From an uncultured Candidatus Peribacteria bacterium (GTDB lineage: Bacteria > Patescibacteriota > Gracilibacteria > UBA1369 > LOWO2-01-FULL-3), in NCBI GenBank assembly GCA_964406295.1, contig CAYORB010000003.1, positions 1 through 42,053 of the forward strand: DNA of 42,053 nt, in the 5' to 3' direction. The notes below the pieces were generated by a model, which was given only the letters and a program-made list of their open reading frames with translations, was not told the DNA's origin and did no database searches. The number at the start of each line of letters is the position of its first letter. Position 1 is the first letter of the stretch. The position numbers and the translations under genes are program-made. This document shows, piece by piece, positions 19,472-27,635 of this stretch.

Positions 19472-20770
19472 ATGTTAAAATATATAAGCCAAATCTGGAA
19501 CTCAGAAGATCTTAGAAAGAAAATCGTATTTACTATATTAATGCTGGTTTTTTATAGATTTCTAGCTCATATTACGGTTCCTGGAGCAAACATAGAAGCT
19601 CTAAAAGGTTTAGCTAATCAAAATGAACTATTAGCAGTGTTTAGCTTATTAACAGGAGGAAGTACTGAAAGTTTCTCTATCGTTTTGATGGGTATTTCAC
19701 CTTATATCAACGCATCAATTATTATGCAACTGTTGACAGTTGTAATTCCTAAATTAGAAACCTTATCAAAAGAAGGTGAATCAGGACGTAGAAAAATAAA
19801 TTCATATACTAGATGGTTGACTCTTCCATTAGCATTTTTGCAATCATATGGGATGATAATTTTATTAAACTCTCAATCTAATATACCAATTATAAGTAAT
19901 GTATCAGACCCAACAGTTATAATCCCTGTTATGCTTACAATCTCAGCAGGTACAGTATTATTAGTTTGGCTTGGTGAACAAATTACAGAAAAAGGAATTG
20001 GTAATGGTATATCATTGCTTATTTTCGCAAGTATAGTTTCTCAAATTCCGCAATTTTTAGGACAAGGGTTATTCTTAGCTGAAGGTGATGAAAGTAAATT
20101 AATACCATTAATCATAACTGTTTTATTAACAATATTTTTAATTACAATTGTAATTTTAGTAAATGAGGGTCAAAGAAGAATTCCTGTAACGTATTCCGGT
20201 AGTGGAGTTAAATCAAAAGCTAATCAATCATTTCTTCCAATTCGTATTAATCAAGCTGGAATGATACCTATTATCTTTGCAGTAGCCATGGTTAGTTTTC
20301 CTGCAATTTTAGGACAATTCCTAGTAAATGCGACATCAGAATGGCTAAGGAGTATGGGGGAAACTTTATCAGTATTATTCGCACCATCAGGTAGTTTATA
20401 TCTTATTGCATATTACTTACTTGTAGTAGTTTTCACTTATTTTTATGTTTCAATAACATTTAATCCTGAGCAAGTGGCAGAAAATATTCAAAAAAGAGGA
20501 GGCTATGTCCCAGGTATAAGACCAGGAACTCAAACTAGTGAATACATAGGAGCAATATCAAATAGACTTACTTTATTCGGTTCAAATTTTTTAGCACTAA
20601 TAGCTATCATGCCAATAGTTGTACAATTAGCATTTTCAAGTACAGGTGTTGGATCTGTTCCATTACTAATCTCTGGAGCAGGTATAATCATTATTGTGGG
20701 AGTAGTTCTTGAATTGATTCGTCAAATCAATGCTCAATTAGTAATGCATGATTACAAAAAATTCTACTAA
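19472..20770 (+). CDS. secY: Preprotein translocase subunit SecY
   Basis: GISPYINASII, GIGNGISL, AGMIPIIFA, PGIRPG. Confidence 0.99.
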   Translation: MLKYISQIWNSEDLRKKIVFTILMLVFYRFLAHITVPGANIEALKGLANQNELLAVFSLLTGGSTESFSIVLMGISPYINASIIMQLLTVVIPKLETLSKEGESGRRKINSYTRWLTLPLAFLQSYGMIILLNSQSNIPIISNVSDPTVIIPVMLTISAGTVLLVWLGEQITEKGIGNGISLLIFASIVSQIPQFLGQGLFLAEGDESKLIPLIITVLLTIFLITIVILVNEGQRRIPVTYSGSGVKSKANQSFLPIRINQAGMIPIIFAVAMVSFPAILGQFLVNATSEWLRSMGETLSVLFAPSGSLYLIAYYLLVVVFTYFYVSITFNPEQVAENIQKRGGYVPGIRPGTQTSEYIGAISNRLTLFGSNFLALIAIMPIVVQLAFSSTGVGSVPLLISGAGIIIIVGVVLELIRQINAQLVMHDYKKFY

Positions 20771-20773
20771 TAA

Positions 20774-21793
20774 ATGGAATTCAAAAACAAGCATTCATTG
20801 GAAAAAGAGAAAATAGATAATGAGCTTTCCATATTTTTAGATTCGATAGATTTCAAAAACACATTCCAAAAATCACTTTGGAACAAAACAAAACAACATA
20901 TAAAACAAGGTGGGAAAAGACTAAGACCTGTTGCATTGCTTATGGCATATTCAGGTATTAGTGATCAAAAAAAAGATATTTATCAAGCTGCAATTTCAGT
21001 AGAACTATATCATGCATCGACTTTAATTCATGACGATATAATAGACGAAGACACTAAACGCAGGAATTCAGATACAATTTTTGAATGGGTTAGAAAAAAC
21101 AAAAGAATTAAAGATGATTCATATGAAGCGGTTTTATTCAAAAATAAAACATCAAGATTTGCCACAACACAATCAATTTTAGCCGGTAACATAGTAAATA
21201 ATATTGCCTATCAACCATTGATAAATTCTTCATTCAAAACAAGAAATGAAGCAATAAACATATTAATTGATACAGCTATAAAAGTTAATGAGGGGCAAAT
21301 TCTAGATACCTTATTGGAAACAAAAAAGCCAAGTGAAAAAGAGTATTTAAATATGATATTAAAAAAAACAGGAGAACTTTTTATCGGAAGCATAATGATA
21401 GGTTTAAAATTAGCCCAAGCAACAAAAGAACAAGAAAAAAATATGTATAACTTTGCTAAAAATATTGCACTAGCATTTCAAATTCAAGATGATTTAATGG
21501 ATATTAATCCAAATTCAAAAAAAGGACATGTACTAGGATCTGACATCAAACAAGGAAAAATGACTCTTCTTGCAATAAAAGCATTAGAAAAAAATCCAAA
21601 ATTCAATCTTCAAAAAAACATAAAAACCAGTATAGAATTTTTCAAAACTTGTGGTGCAATCGATTATTGCAAAACACTTGCAAATAAAAAAATAAATGAT
21701 GGAAAAAAATTCTTAAAACAAGCGAAACTTTCAAAAGAAAGTGAAGAATATTTCACAGAGTTTGCCAACTATATGTTAAATAGAAACATATAA
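20774..21793 (+). CDS. Polyprenyl diphosphate synthase (trans-isoprenyl diphosphate synthase)
   Basis: GGKRLRP, FARM LIHDDIID..RR, GQILD, KTG, SARM FQIQDDLMD, GSDIKQGK. Confidence 0.92.
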   Translation: MEFKNKHSLEKEKIDNELSIFLDSIDFKNTFQKSLWNKTKQHIKQGGKRLRPVALLMAYSGISDQKKDIYQAAISVELYHASTLIHDDIIDEDTKRRNSDTIFEWVRKNKRIKDDSYEAVLFKNKTSRFATTQSILAGNIVNNIAYQPLINSSFKTRNEAINILIDTAIKVNEGQILDTLLETKKPSEKEYLNMILKKTGELFIGSIMIGLKLAQATKEQEKNMYNFAKNIALAFQIQDDLMDINPNSKKGHVLGSDIKQGKMTLLAIKALEKNPKFNLQKNIKTSIEFFKTCGAIDYCKTLANKKINDGKKFLKQAKLSKESEEYFTEFANYMLNRNI

Positions 21794-21825
21794 ATTGCAT
21801 AATTTTCAAGACAAAAGTCTTTCTA

Positions 21826-21854
21826 TTGCACATCTATCCCCCACCCTTTAAAAT
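21826..21854 (+). promoter_or_regulatory. Putative sigma70 promoter of adk-map
   Basis: TTGCAC-N17-TAAAAT. Confidence 0.6.
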
Positions 21855-21886
21855 CTGCACAGATTAATTTTTTAACTTAGATAAAC

Positions 21887-22516
21887 ATGGATCTTATATT
21901 TTTTGGTATGCAAGGCTCTGGAAAAGGAACTCTTGGAAAAAACATCGCTGCTAGATTTGGTTTAGAAATTTTTGAAACTGGTGCTGAATTAAGAAAATTA
22001 TCAAAAGAAGACTCACCACTAGCTCAAAAAGTAAAATCTATAATAGAATCAGGAAATTTAGTTCCAAATGAAGTCGTGATGGAAATAGTAGAAAACTTTA
22101 TGGAAAACTTAACACCTGGAACTTCAATTTTATTTGATGGTATCCCGCGAAAAATTGAACAAGCACAATCCTTAAATGCACTTTTAGAAAAACATGGACA
22201 TCAATACACAGCTGTTCTCCTAGAAATCAAAAAAGAAACTGCATTAAGTCGATTAACAAGTCGTAGAATATGCCCAAATGACAAATTGGTATATCCAAAA
22301 GATTATAAAAAAGACAGTTGTGAAAAATGTGGCGGACAATTAATAACACGTGCCGATGATGTACCTGAAGCAATAGAAACAAGATTAAATCACTTTTTTG
22401 AACAAACAGTTCCAGCAATTGAACTATACAAAGAAAAAATGATAATTCTAAATGGTGAAGCTTCAATCGACGAAGTTAAACAAGAAGCAATCACAACATT
22501 AACTCCCTTATTTTAG
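21887..22516 (+). CDS. adk: Adenylate kinase
   Basis: P-loop GMQGSGKGT, FDGIPR, LID domain CxxD...CxxC, RADD. Confidence 0.96.
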   Translation: MDLIFFGMQGSGKGTLGKNIAARFGLEIFETGAELRKLSKEDSPLAQKVKSIIESGNLVPNEVVMEIVENFMENLTPGTSILFDGIPRKIEQAQSLNALLEKHGHQYTAVLLEIKKETALSRLTSRRICPNDKLVYPKDYKKDSCEKCGGQLITRADDVPEAIETRLNHFFEQTVPAIELYKEKMIILNGEASIDEVKQEAITTLTPLF

Positions 22517-22518
22517 AT

Positions 22519-23274
22519 ATGAAAATTATTATAAAAACAGAAGATGAAATAGATTTAATGCGTAAAGGTGGTCAAATTCTTGCAGAAACATTAGATGAAG
22601 TTTGTAAATACGCAAAAGCTGGAATTTCTACCTGGGAATTAGATCAGATAGCTGAAAATTTGATTAGACAAAGAGGCGCAACCCCAGGGTTTAAGGGGTA
22701 TCACGGATTTCCAGCCACAATTTGTACAGCAATTAACGATACTATTGTTCATGGAATTCCAACAAAACAACAAATTCTAAAAGAAGGAGATTTATTTACT
22801 GTAGACTGTGGTGTTACCTATAAAAAAATGAATACAGATGCGGCAAGATCTGTGGGGATAGGACAAATTTCATCTGAAAAATCCAGATTAATTAAAACCG
22901 CCTATGAAGCACTTTCAAGAGGAACTGATGCTGCTCAGCCAGGTAATCACATTGGAGATATTAGTAAGACAATCGCAGAAACAATTGAAAAAGCAGGATT
23001 TAAAGTTATTCACAATTTAACAGGTCATGGAGTTGGACATTCATTACATGAAGACCCAATGATTCCAAACTATTGGGATGGCCAACGTGGAGCACTTTTA
23101 AAACCTGGTATGACAATAGCAATTGAACCAATTTTTTCAGTAAGTACACATGAAATGATTACCCTAAACGATAATTGGACAATTGTAACAGATGATGGAT
23201 CTTGCTCTGTACAGGCAGAAAATACAGTTTTGATATGTAAAAATGGTAACGAAATACTTACAGTCAAAAACTAA
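22519..23274 (+). CDS. map: Methionine aminopeptidase type I
   Basis: VHGIP, VDCG, TDAAR, GHGVG..LHEDP, IAIEP. Confidence 0.97.
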   Translation: MKIIIKTEDEIDLMRKGGQILAETLDEVCKYAKAGISTWELDQIAENLIRQRGATPGFKGYHGFPATICTAINDTIVHGIPTKQQILKEGDLFTVDCGVTYKKMNTDAARSVGIGQISSEKSRLIKTAYEALSRGTDAAQPGNHIGDISKTIAETIEKAGFKVIHNLTGHGVGHSLHEDPMIPNYWDGQRGALLKPGMTIAIEPIFSVSTHEMITLNDNWTIVTDDGSCSVQAENTVLICKNGNEILTVKN

Positions 23275-23284
23275 TAAAATCCTC

Positions 23285-23313
23285 TTGCATAACCAATATT
23301 TCTCCTGTAATAT
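23285..23313 (+). promoter_or_regulatory. Putative sigma70 promoter of infA and the alpha cluster
   Basis: TTGCAT-N17-TAATAT. Confidence 0.6.
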
Positions 23314-23356
23314 CCAAAAGCTTTTTCGTCAAATCTCGTAAAAAAAGGGCATATAT

Positions 23357-23590
23357 ATGGGAAAAGATGACACAATCGAGGTGGAAGGGAAGGTTATTGA
23401 ACCGCTTCCAAATGCGCAATTCATTGTTGAACTCGAAGATGGAAGACAAATAACAGCACATTTATCAGGAAAAATGCGAATGCATTACATTAAAATTCTT
23501 CCTGGTGATGGGGTAACAATTCAATTAAGTACATACGACTTAGAAAAAGGACGTATTACATATAGACATTCTGGTAAAAAAAGAACTTAA
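23357..23590 (+). CDS. infA: Translation initiation factor IF-1
   Basis: [25 protein letters not shown]. Confidence 0.98.
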   Translation: MGKDDTIEVEGKVIEPLPNAQFIVELEDGRQITAHLSGKMRMHYIKILPGDGVTIQLSTYDLEKGRITYRHSGKKRT

Positions 23591-23600
23591 ACGTAAAAAA

Positions 23601-23762
23601 ATGAAAGTAGGAGCATCAGTAAAGGTAATCTGTGACGGTTGTAGAACAGTAAAAAGAAGAGGTACTCTTTCAGGAGGGAGAAGGGGTAAAAGAGGAACAA
23701 AAAAACCTATCCTTCGTGTTATTTGTAGTAAGAACCCTAGGCATAAACAAAGACAAGGTTAA
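23601..23762 (+). CDS. rpmJ: 50S ribosomal protein bL36, 53 aa with internal insertion (absent from ORF track)
   Basis: Hand translation [53 protein letters not shown]; C-C-C-H zinc ligands; infA-rpmJ-rpsM synteny. Confidence 0.95.
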   Translation: MKVGASVKVICDGCRTVKRRGTLSGGRRGKRGTKKPILRVICSKNPRHKQRQG

Positions 23763-23769
23763 GTCTTAA

Positions 23770-23815
23770 GTTGTCAGTATTTTTTCTTCCCCCCCGAAAA
23801 AGAAATACTGACAAC
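23770..23815 (+). repeat. Long hairpin between rpmJ and rpsM
   Basis: 13-bp perfect stem GTTGTCAGTATTT/AAATACTGACAAC, extendable to about 19 bp, oligo-C loop. Confidence 0.8.
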
Positions 23816-23835
23816 CTAGCATTTAACTAGTTGCG

Positions 23836-24210
23836 ATGGCACGTATTGCAGGTGTAAACCTACCAAAAGAGAAAAGGATCGAAGCGGCATTAACATCAAT
23901 CTTCGGGATTGGAAGAAGCACAAGTGCGTCCATCCTTGGGGAGTCAAAAATCGATGCAAACACAAAAGTGAAAGATTTAACTGAAAGTGAAATCACCACG
24001 CTTCGTGAAATAATAGGTAAAATACCAAACGAAGGTGATTTAAAAAGGAAGGTAACTTTAGACATTAAGCGTCTTCAGGAAATTGGTTCTCACAGAGGTT
24101 TTAGGCATAAAAAAGGTTTACCGGTAAGAGGTCAAAGAACTCGTTACAACGCAAGAACAAGAAAAGGGAAGAGAAGAACCGTAGCAAACAAGAAAATAGC
24201 AACCAAGTAA
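23836..24210 (+). CDS. rpsM: 30S ribosomal protein uS13
   Basis: [26 protein letters not shown]. Confidence 0.99.
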   Translation: MARIAGVNLPKEKRIEAALTSIFGIGRSTSASILGESKIDANTKVKDLTESEITTLREIIGKIPNEGDLKRKVTLDIKRLQEIGSHRGFRHKKGLPVRGQRTRYNARTRKGKRRTVANKKIATK

Positions 24211-24222
24211 TAAACACATCAC

Positions 24223-24612
24223 ATGGCCGACAAGAAAAAAACTACAAAAAAAGCAAAGAGAAGAGCTGTGCCACAAGGAAACGCTCATATCCAAGCTTCA
24301 TACAATAATACAATCATTACACTTACAGATACTAACGGAGATGTGATCGCTTGGGGAAGTGCAGGGGCAAGTGGATTTAAAGGAGCTAGGAAATCTACTC
24401 CATACGCAGCTCAAATCTCAGCTGAAAATGCCGCTGAGAAAGCTAAAATGTATGGTTTAGAAAAAGTTCATGTTTATGTTAAAGGAGTTGGAAGTGGTAG
24501 AGAGCAAGCTATCCGTGGATTAGTATCTAAAGGGATTGATGTAATATCAATAAACGATATCACTCCTATTCCTCACAATGGATGTAGAAAGAAGAAACAA
24601 AGAAGAGTATAA
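24223..24612 (+). CDS. rpsK: 30S ribosomal protein uS11
   Basis: [31 protein letters not shown]. Confidence 0.99.
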   Translation: MADKKKTTKKAKRRAVPQGNAHIQASYNNTIITLTDTNGDVIAWGSAGASGFKGARKSTPYAAQISAENAAEKAKMYGLEKVHVYVKGVGSGREQAIRGLVSKGIDVISINDITPIPHNGCRKKKQRRV

Positions 24613-24624
24613 CCATAAATAAAT

Positions 24625-25239
24625 ATGTCACGCTACACAGGACCAATCACAAAAATATCAAGAAGACTGGGAGTAATCCTATTTGCTAACGGGGAAAGCA
24701 AAACTAAAGCTTTCAATAATAAAAATTACAAACCTGGAGAGCATGGACAAAAACGTTTTTCTAAAAAATCTGAATATAAGAAACAGCTTGAAGAGAAACA
24801 AAAAGCAAGATTCATGTATGGAATCAGTGAAAAACAATCAAGAAAATATTATATGATGGCTAGCAAAAGTCAAAATGTAACTGGTGAAGAGTACATGACA
24901 ATTCTAGAAAGAAGATTAGACAATGTAATTTTCAGAGCTGGAATTGCAACAACCAGACAACAAGCAAGGCAGATTGTAAGTCATGGATTAGTTAACTACA
25001 ACGGACATAAAGCTAAAACTCCATCAATACTTGTTAAAATTGGAGATACCTTCGAAGTAAGAAGTAACAGAAAATCTTCAAAATTATTCGAAGAAATAAA
25101 GAACGCAAAACATAGGTCTCCAAAATGGCTTAAGGTAGACCTCAAAAGTCTAAAAGGTGAAGTGACTGCTCTACCTGATAAAGACGATATTGAGAAAGTT
25201 ATCGAACATCAACTTATTACTGAATTTTACTCTAAATAA
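24625..25239 (+). CDS. rpsD: 30S ribosomal protein uS4
   Basis: MSRYTGP, PGEHG, LERRLDNV, ARQIVSHG, EFYSK. Confidence 0.99.
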   Translation: MSRYTGPITKISRRLGVILFANGESKTKAFNNKNYKPGEHGQKRFSKKSEYKKQLEEKQKARFMYGISEKQSRKYYMMASKSQNVTGEEYMTILERRLDNVIFRAGIATTRQQARQIVSHGLVNYNGHKAKTPSILVKIGDTFEVRSNRKSSKLFEEIKNAKHRSPKWLKVDLKSLKGEVTALPDKDDIEKVIEHQLITEFYSK

Positions 25240-25248
25240 CAGTTTTGA

Positions 25249-25265
25249 GTCTTGCAAAGCAAGAC
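25249..25265 (+). repeat. Short hairpin upstream of rpoA
   Basis: GTCTTGC-AAA-GCAAGAC. Confidence 0.5.
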
Positions 25266-25295
25266 AATCACCCTGTCAATTAAACACAACGCAAA

Positions 25296-26270
25296 ATGCA
25301 TCAAATCCAAGAAGAAATAGGTATTCCAAAGTTTTCTATAGAGCCAATTTCAAAGAATCATGTCATTTTCACTATGAGCCCACTTCCAACTGGATATGGT
25401 GTAACTCTAGGAAACGCATTGAGAAGAATTCTTTTATCTTCACTTCCTGGAGCATGTGTAACTGGTGTGAAAATTGATGGAGCTAGCCATGAATACTCAA
25501 CTATAAAAGGACTTAAAGAAAGTGTTTTAGACTTAAATCTAAATCTAAAACTTCTTAATATTAAAAAAGATACTGCTGAGCCTTCAGTTATAACACTTGA
25601 AACATCAAAGAGTGGAAAAATATTTGCAAAAGATATTACTTGTCCTTCAGAAGTTACTATTTTGAATCCTGATCTCTATATTTGTACAGTTGAAAAAGGA
25701 ACAAAACTGAAGATTGAAATGAGAGTGGAAAAAGGAGTTGGATACATTCCCGCTTCTGTTAGACAAGCTGATGAAGAAGATGCATCAATTATTCTCTTAG
25801 ATGCTTTATATTCTCCAATTAAAAAGATTAGATATGATGTGGGACCTACTCGTGTAGGTAAGATGACAAATCTAGACAAGTTAACTTTAGAAATTGAAAC
25901 AAATGGAACCATTAGTCCTGAAGATGCCTTGAAATTCGCATCAAACATTTGTCAATCATACTTCAACCTTTTCAATGCTGAAAATATAATGGTTGAAGAA
26001 GACTACATGTCTGATATCAAATCTATCTTAGAAAAAGAGCAAGAAGAAGAAGCTAAAAAACCAAGTCAAGAAGCATATACTCCAGTGGAAATTCTTGGTT
26101 TCTCACCTAGAACACTCAACGCACTTATTAACGGAGGTATTGGTTCAATTGAACAATTATCAAAATGTACTGAAAGTAAGTTGTCAAATCTTCGTGGATT
26201 TGGTAAAAAGGCGCTCACAGAAGTTGCTTCAGCTTTAGAGAAAAAAGGATTAAAACTATCAGAAGAATAA
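25296..26270 (+). CDS. rpoA: RNA polymerase alpha subunit
   Basis: GYGVTLGNALRRILLSSLPG, HEYSTI, alpha-CTD (SPRTLNAL...GFGKKAL). Confidence 0.99.
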   Translation: MHQIQEEIGIPKFSIEPISKNHVIFTMSPLPTGYGVTLGNALRRILLSSLPGACVTGVKIDGASHEYSTIKGLKESVLDLNLNLKLLNIKKDTAEPSVITLETSKSGKIFAKDITCPSEVTILNPDLYICTVEKGTKLKIEMRVEKGVGYIPASVRQADEEDASIILLDALYSPIKKIRYDVGPTRVGKMTNLDKLTLEIETNGTISPEDALKFASNICQSYFNLFNAENIMVEEDYMSDIKSILEKEQEEEAKKPSQEAYTPVEILGFSPRTLNALINGGIGSIEQLSKCTESKLSNLRGFGKKALTEVASALEKKGLKLSEE

Positions 26271-26298
26271 CAAGCAATAAAAGGCATTAATAAATAAT

Positions 26299-26652
26299 AT
26301 GAGACATAAAGTAAAGAAAGTAAAACTAGTTGGTGATAAAGATCACAGAACCGCCTTAATGCGTAATTTGGCAATGCAGGTGATCATTTACGATAAGATA
26401 AAAACTACTTCTGCAAGAGCTAAAGCGGTACAACCATTCGTAGAAAGATTAATCACTATTGCAAAAGGAAAGAATAAAGTTCATGCAATCAGAGAAGTAA
26501 ACCGATTATTGCAGCATGAAAATGGATCAAAAAAAATCTTTGAAGTTTTATTAGAAAAATATAATGACAGAGATTCTGGATACACTAGAATTACCAAACT
26601 AGGTTACAGAAGTGGAGATAATGCTCCAGTAGTACAAATTGAACTCGTATAA
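26299..26652 (+). CDS. rplQ: 50S ribosomal protein bL17
   Basis: MRHK, IKTT.ARAK, SGYTRI, RSGDNAP. Confidence 0.98.
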   Translation: MRHKVKKVKLVGDKDHRTALMRNLAMQVIIYDKIKTTSARAKAVQPFVERLITIAKGKNKVHAIREVNRLLQHENGSKKIFEVLLEKYNDRDSGYTRITKLGYRSGDNAPVVQIELV

Positions 26653-26662
26653 CAGGCAACAC

Positions 26663-27091
26663 ATGAAAACATATATTCCAAAAAAAGAAGACATCAAACG
26701 AAAATGGTACATAATTGATGCAAAAGATAAAGTACTAGGAAGAATCGCAACAAAAATTGCCGATAAATTAAGAGGTAAAGATAAACCAATTTTTTCACCA
26801 CACATGGATAGCGGAGATTTCGTTATTATCATCAATGCTGATAAAGTAAAATTGACTGGTAATAAGATGGAGGGGAAGCTATACCACAGACATTCAGGTT
26901 TTCCTGGAGGGTATAAGAATATGAACGCAAAGGAGCTATTTGCAAAAAAACCTACAAAAGTGATGGAATTCGCTATCAGTGGAATGCTTCCAAAGAATAA
27001 ATTAAGAAAAGTATTCATGGAAAAATGTAAAATTTACGCTGGAGAAAAACATCCTCACGAAGCTCAAAAACCAGAAACTTTAGAAGTATAA
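26663..27091 (+). CDS. rplM: 50S ribosomal protein uL13
   Basis: WYIIDA, LRGKDKP, GMLPKN, HPHEAQKP; ATG 26663 is preferred over the TTG 26639. Confidence 0.98.
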   Translation: MKTYIPKKEDIKRKWYIIDAKDKVLGRIATKIADKLRGKDKPIFSPHMDSGDFVIIINADKVKLTGNKMEGKLYHRHSGFPGGYKNMNAKELFAKKPTKVMEFAISGMLPKNKLRKVFMEKCKIYAGEKHPHEAQKPETLEV

Positions 27092-27101
27092 TCAATAAAT
27101 A

Positions 27102-27542
27102 ATGACTACAAAAACTACGAAAAAAGAAGATGAGAAAAAAATTGCTACTCCAAGTGGTAGATACGACTATGCAAATGGAAAAAGAAAAAGCGCAGTAGCT
27201 AAAGTAAGATTATACAAAGGAAAAGGAGTTATAACTATAAATGACAGAGCAATTGATGATTATTTCGCTCTTAAAACTCTTATAGCCAGAATAAATAGTC
27301 CATTAAAAATAACAGGAACTACAAAAACTTTTGATATCACAGTAAAAGTAGTTGGTGGTGGAAATACAGCTCAAGCAGAAGCAATTCGTCATGGTATAGC
27401 TAAAGCTTTGGTTGAAATCGACAGTACTAATAAACCTAGCCTTAAAAAAGCAGGATTACTTACTCGTGATTCACGTGTAAAAGAACGAAAGAAATTCGGT
27501 TTAAAGCGTGCAAGAAAAGCTCCACAATTCAGCAAACGTTAA
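27102..27542 (+). CDS. rpsI: 30S ribosomal protein uS9
   Basis: [28 protein letters not shown]. Confidence 0.99.
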   Translation: MTTKTTKKEDEKKIATPSGRYDYANGKRKSAVAKVRLYKGKGVITINDRAIDDYFALKTLIARINSPLKITGTTKTFDITVKVVGGGNTAQAEAIRHGIAKALVEIDSTNKPSLKKAGLLTRDSRVKERKKFGLKRARKAPQFSKR

Positions 27543-27599
27543 AATTTTGGCTTATTAATTTTTAGCTAAATATCTAACAATCATTTTTCTCTACTTGAT

Positions 27600-27627
27600 T
27601 TGAATTTAAATCATTCTTTGCTAGAAT
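27600..27627 (+). promoter_or_regulatory. Putative promoter of the P-type ATPase cluster
   Basis: TTGAAT-N16-TAGAAT with TGn extended -10; the ATG is only 8 nt downstream. Confidence 0.5.
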
Positions 27628-27635
27628 AACTTTAT

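Noticed and set aside
8961-25265. Recurrent AAGAC/GTCTT words in several spacers
   Set aside because: Only 5-7 nt in an AT-rich genome with inconsistent context; not supportable as a repeat family.
25190-25477. 95-aa + strand ORF bridging rpsD and rpoA
   Set aside because: Alternate-frame overlap of two conserved genes; no support.
27546-27570. Possible terminator after rpsI
   Set aside because: Weak AT-rich stem with a large loop and no adjacent U tract.
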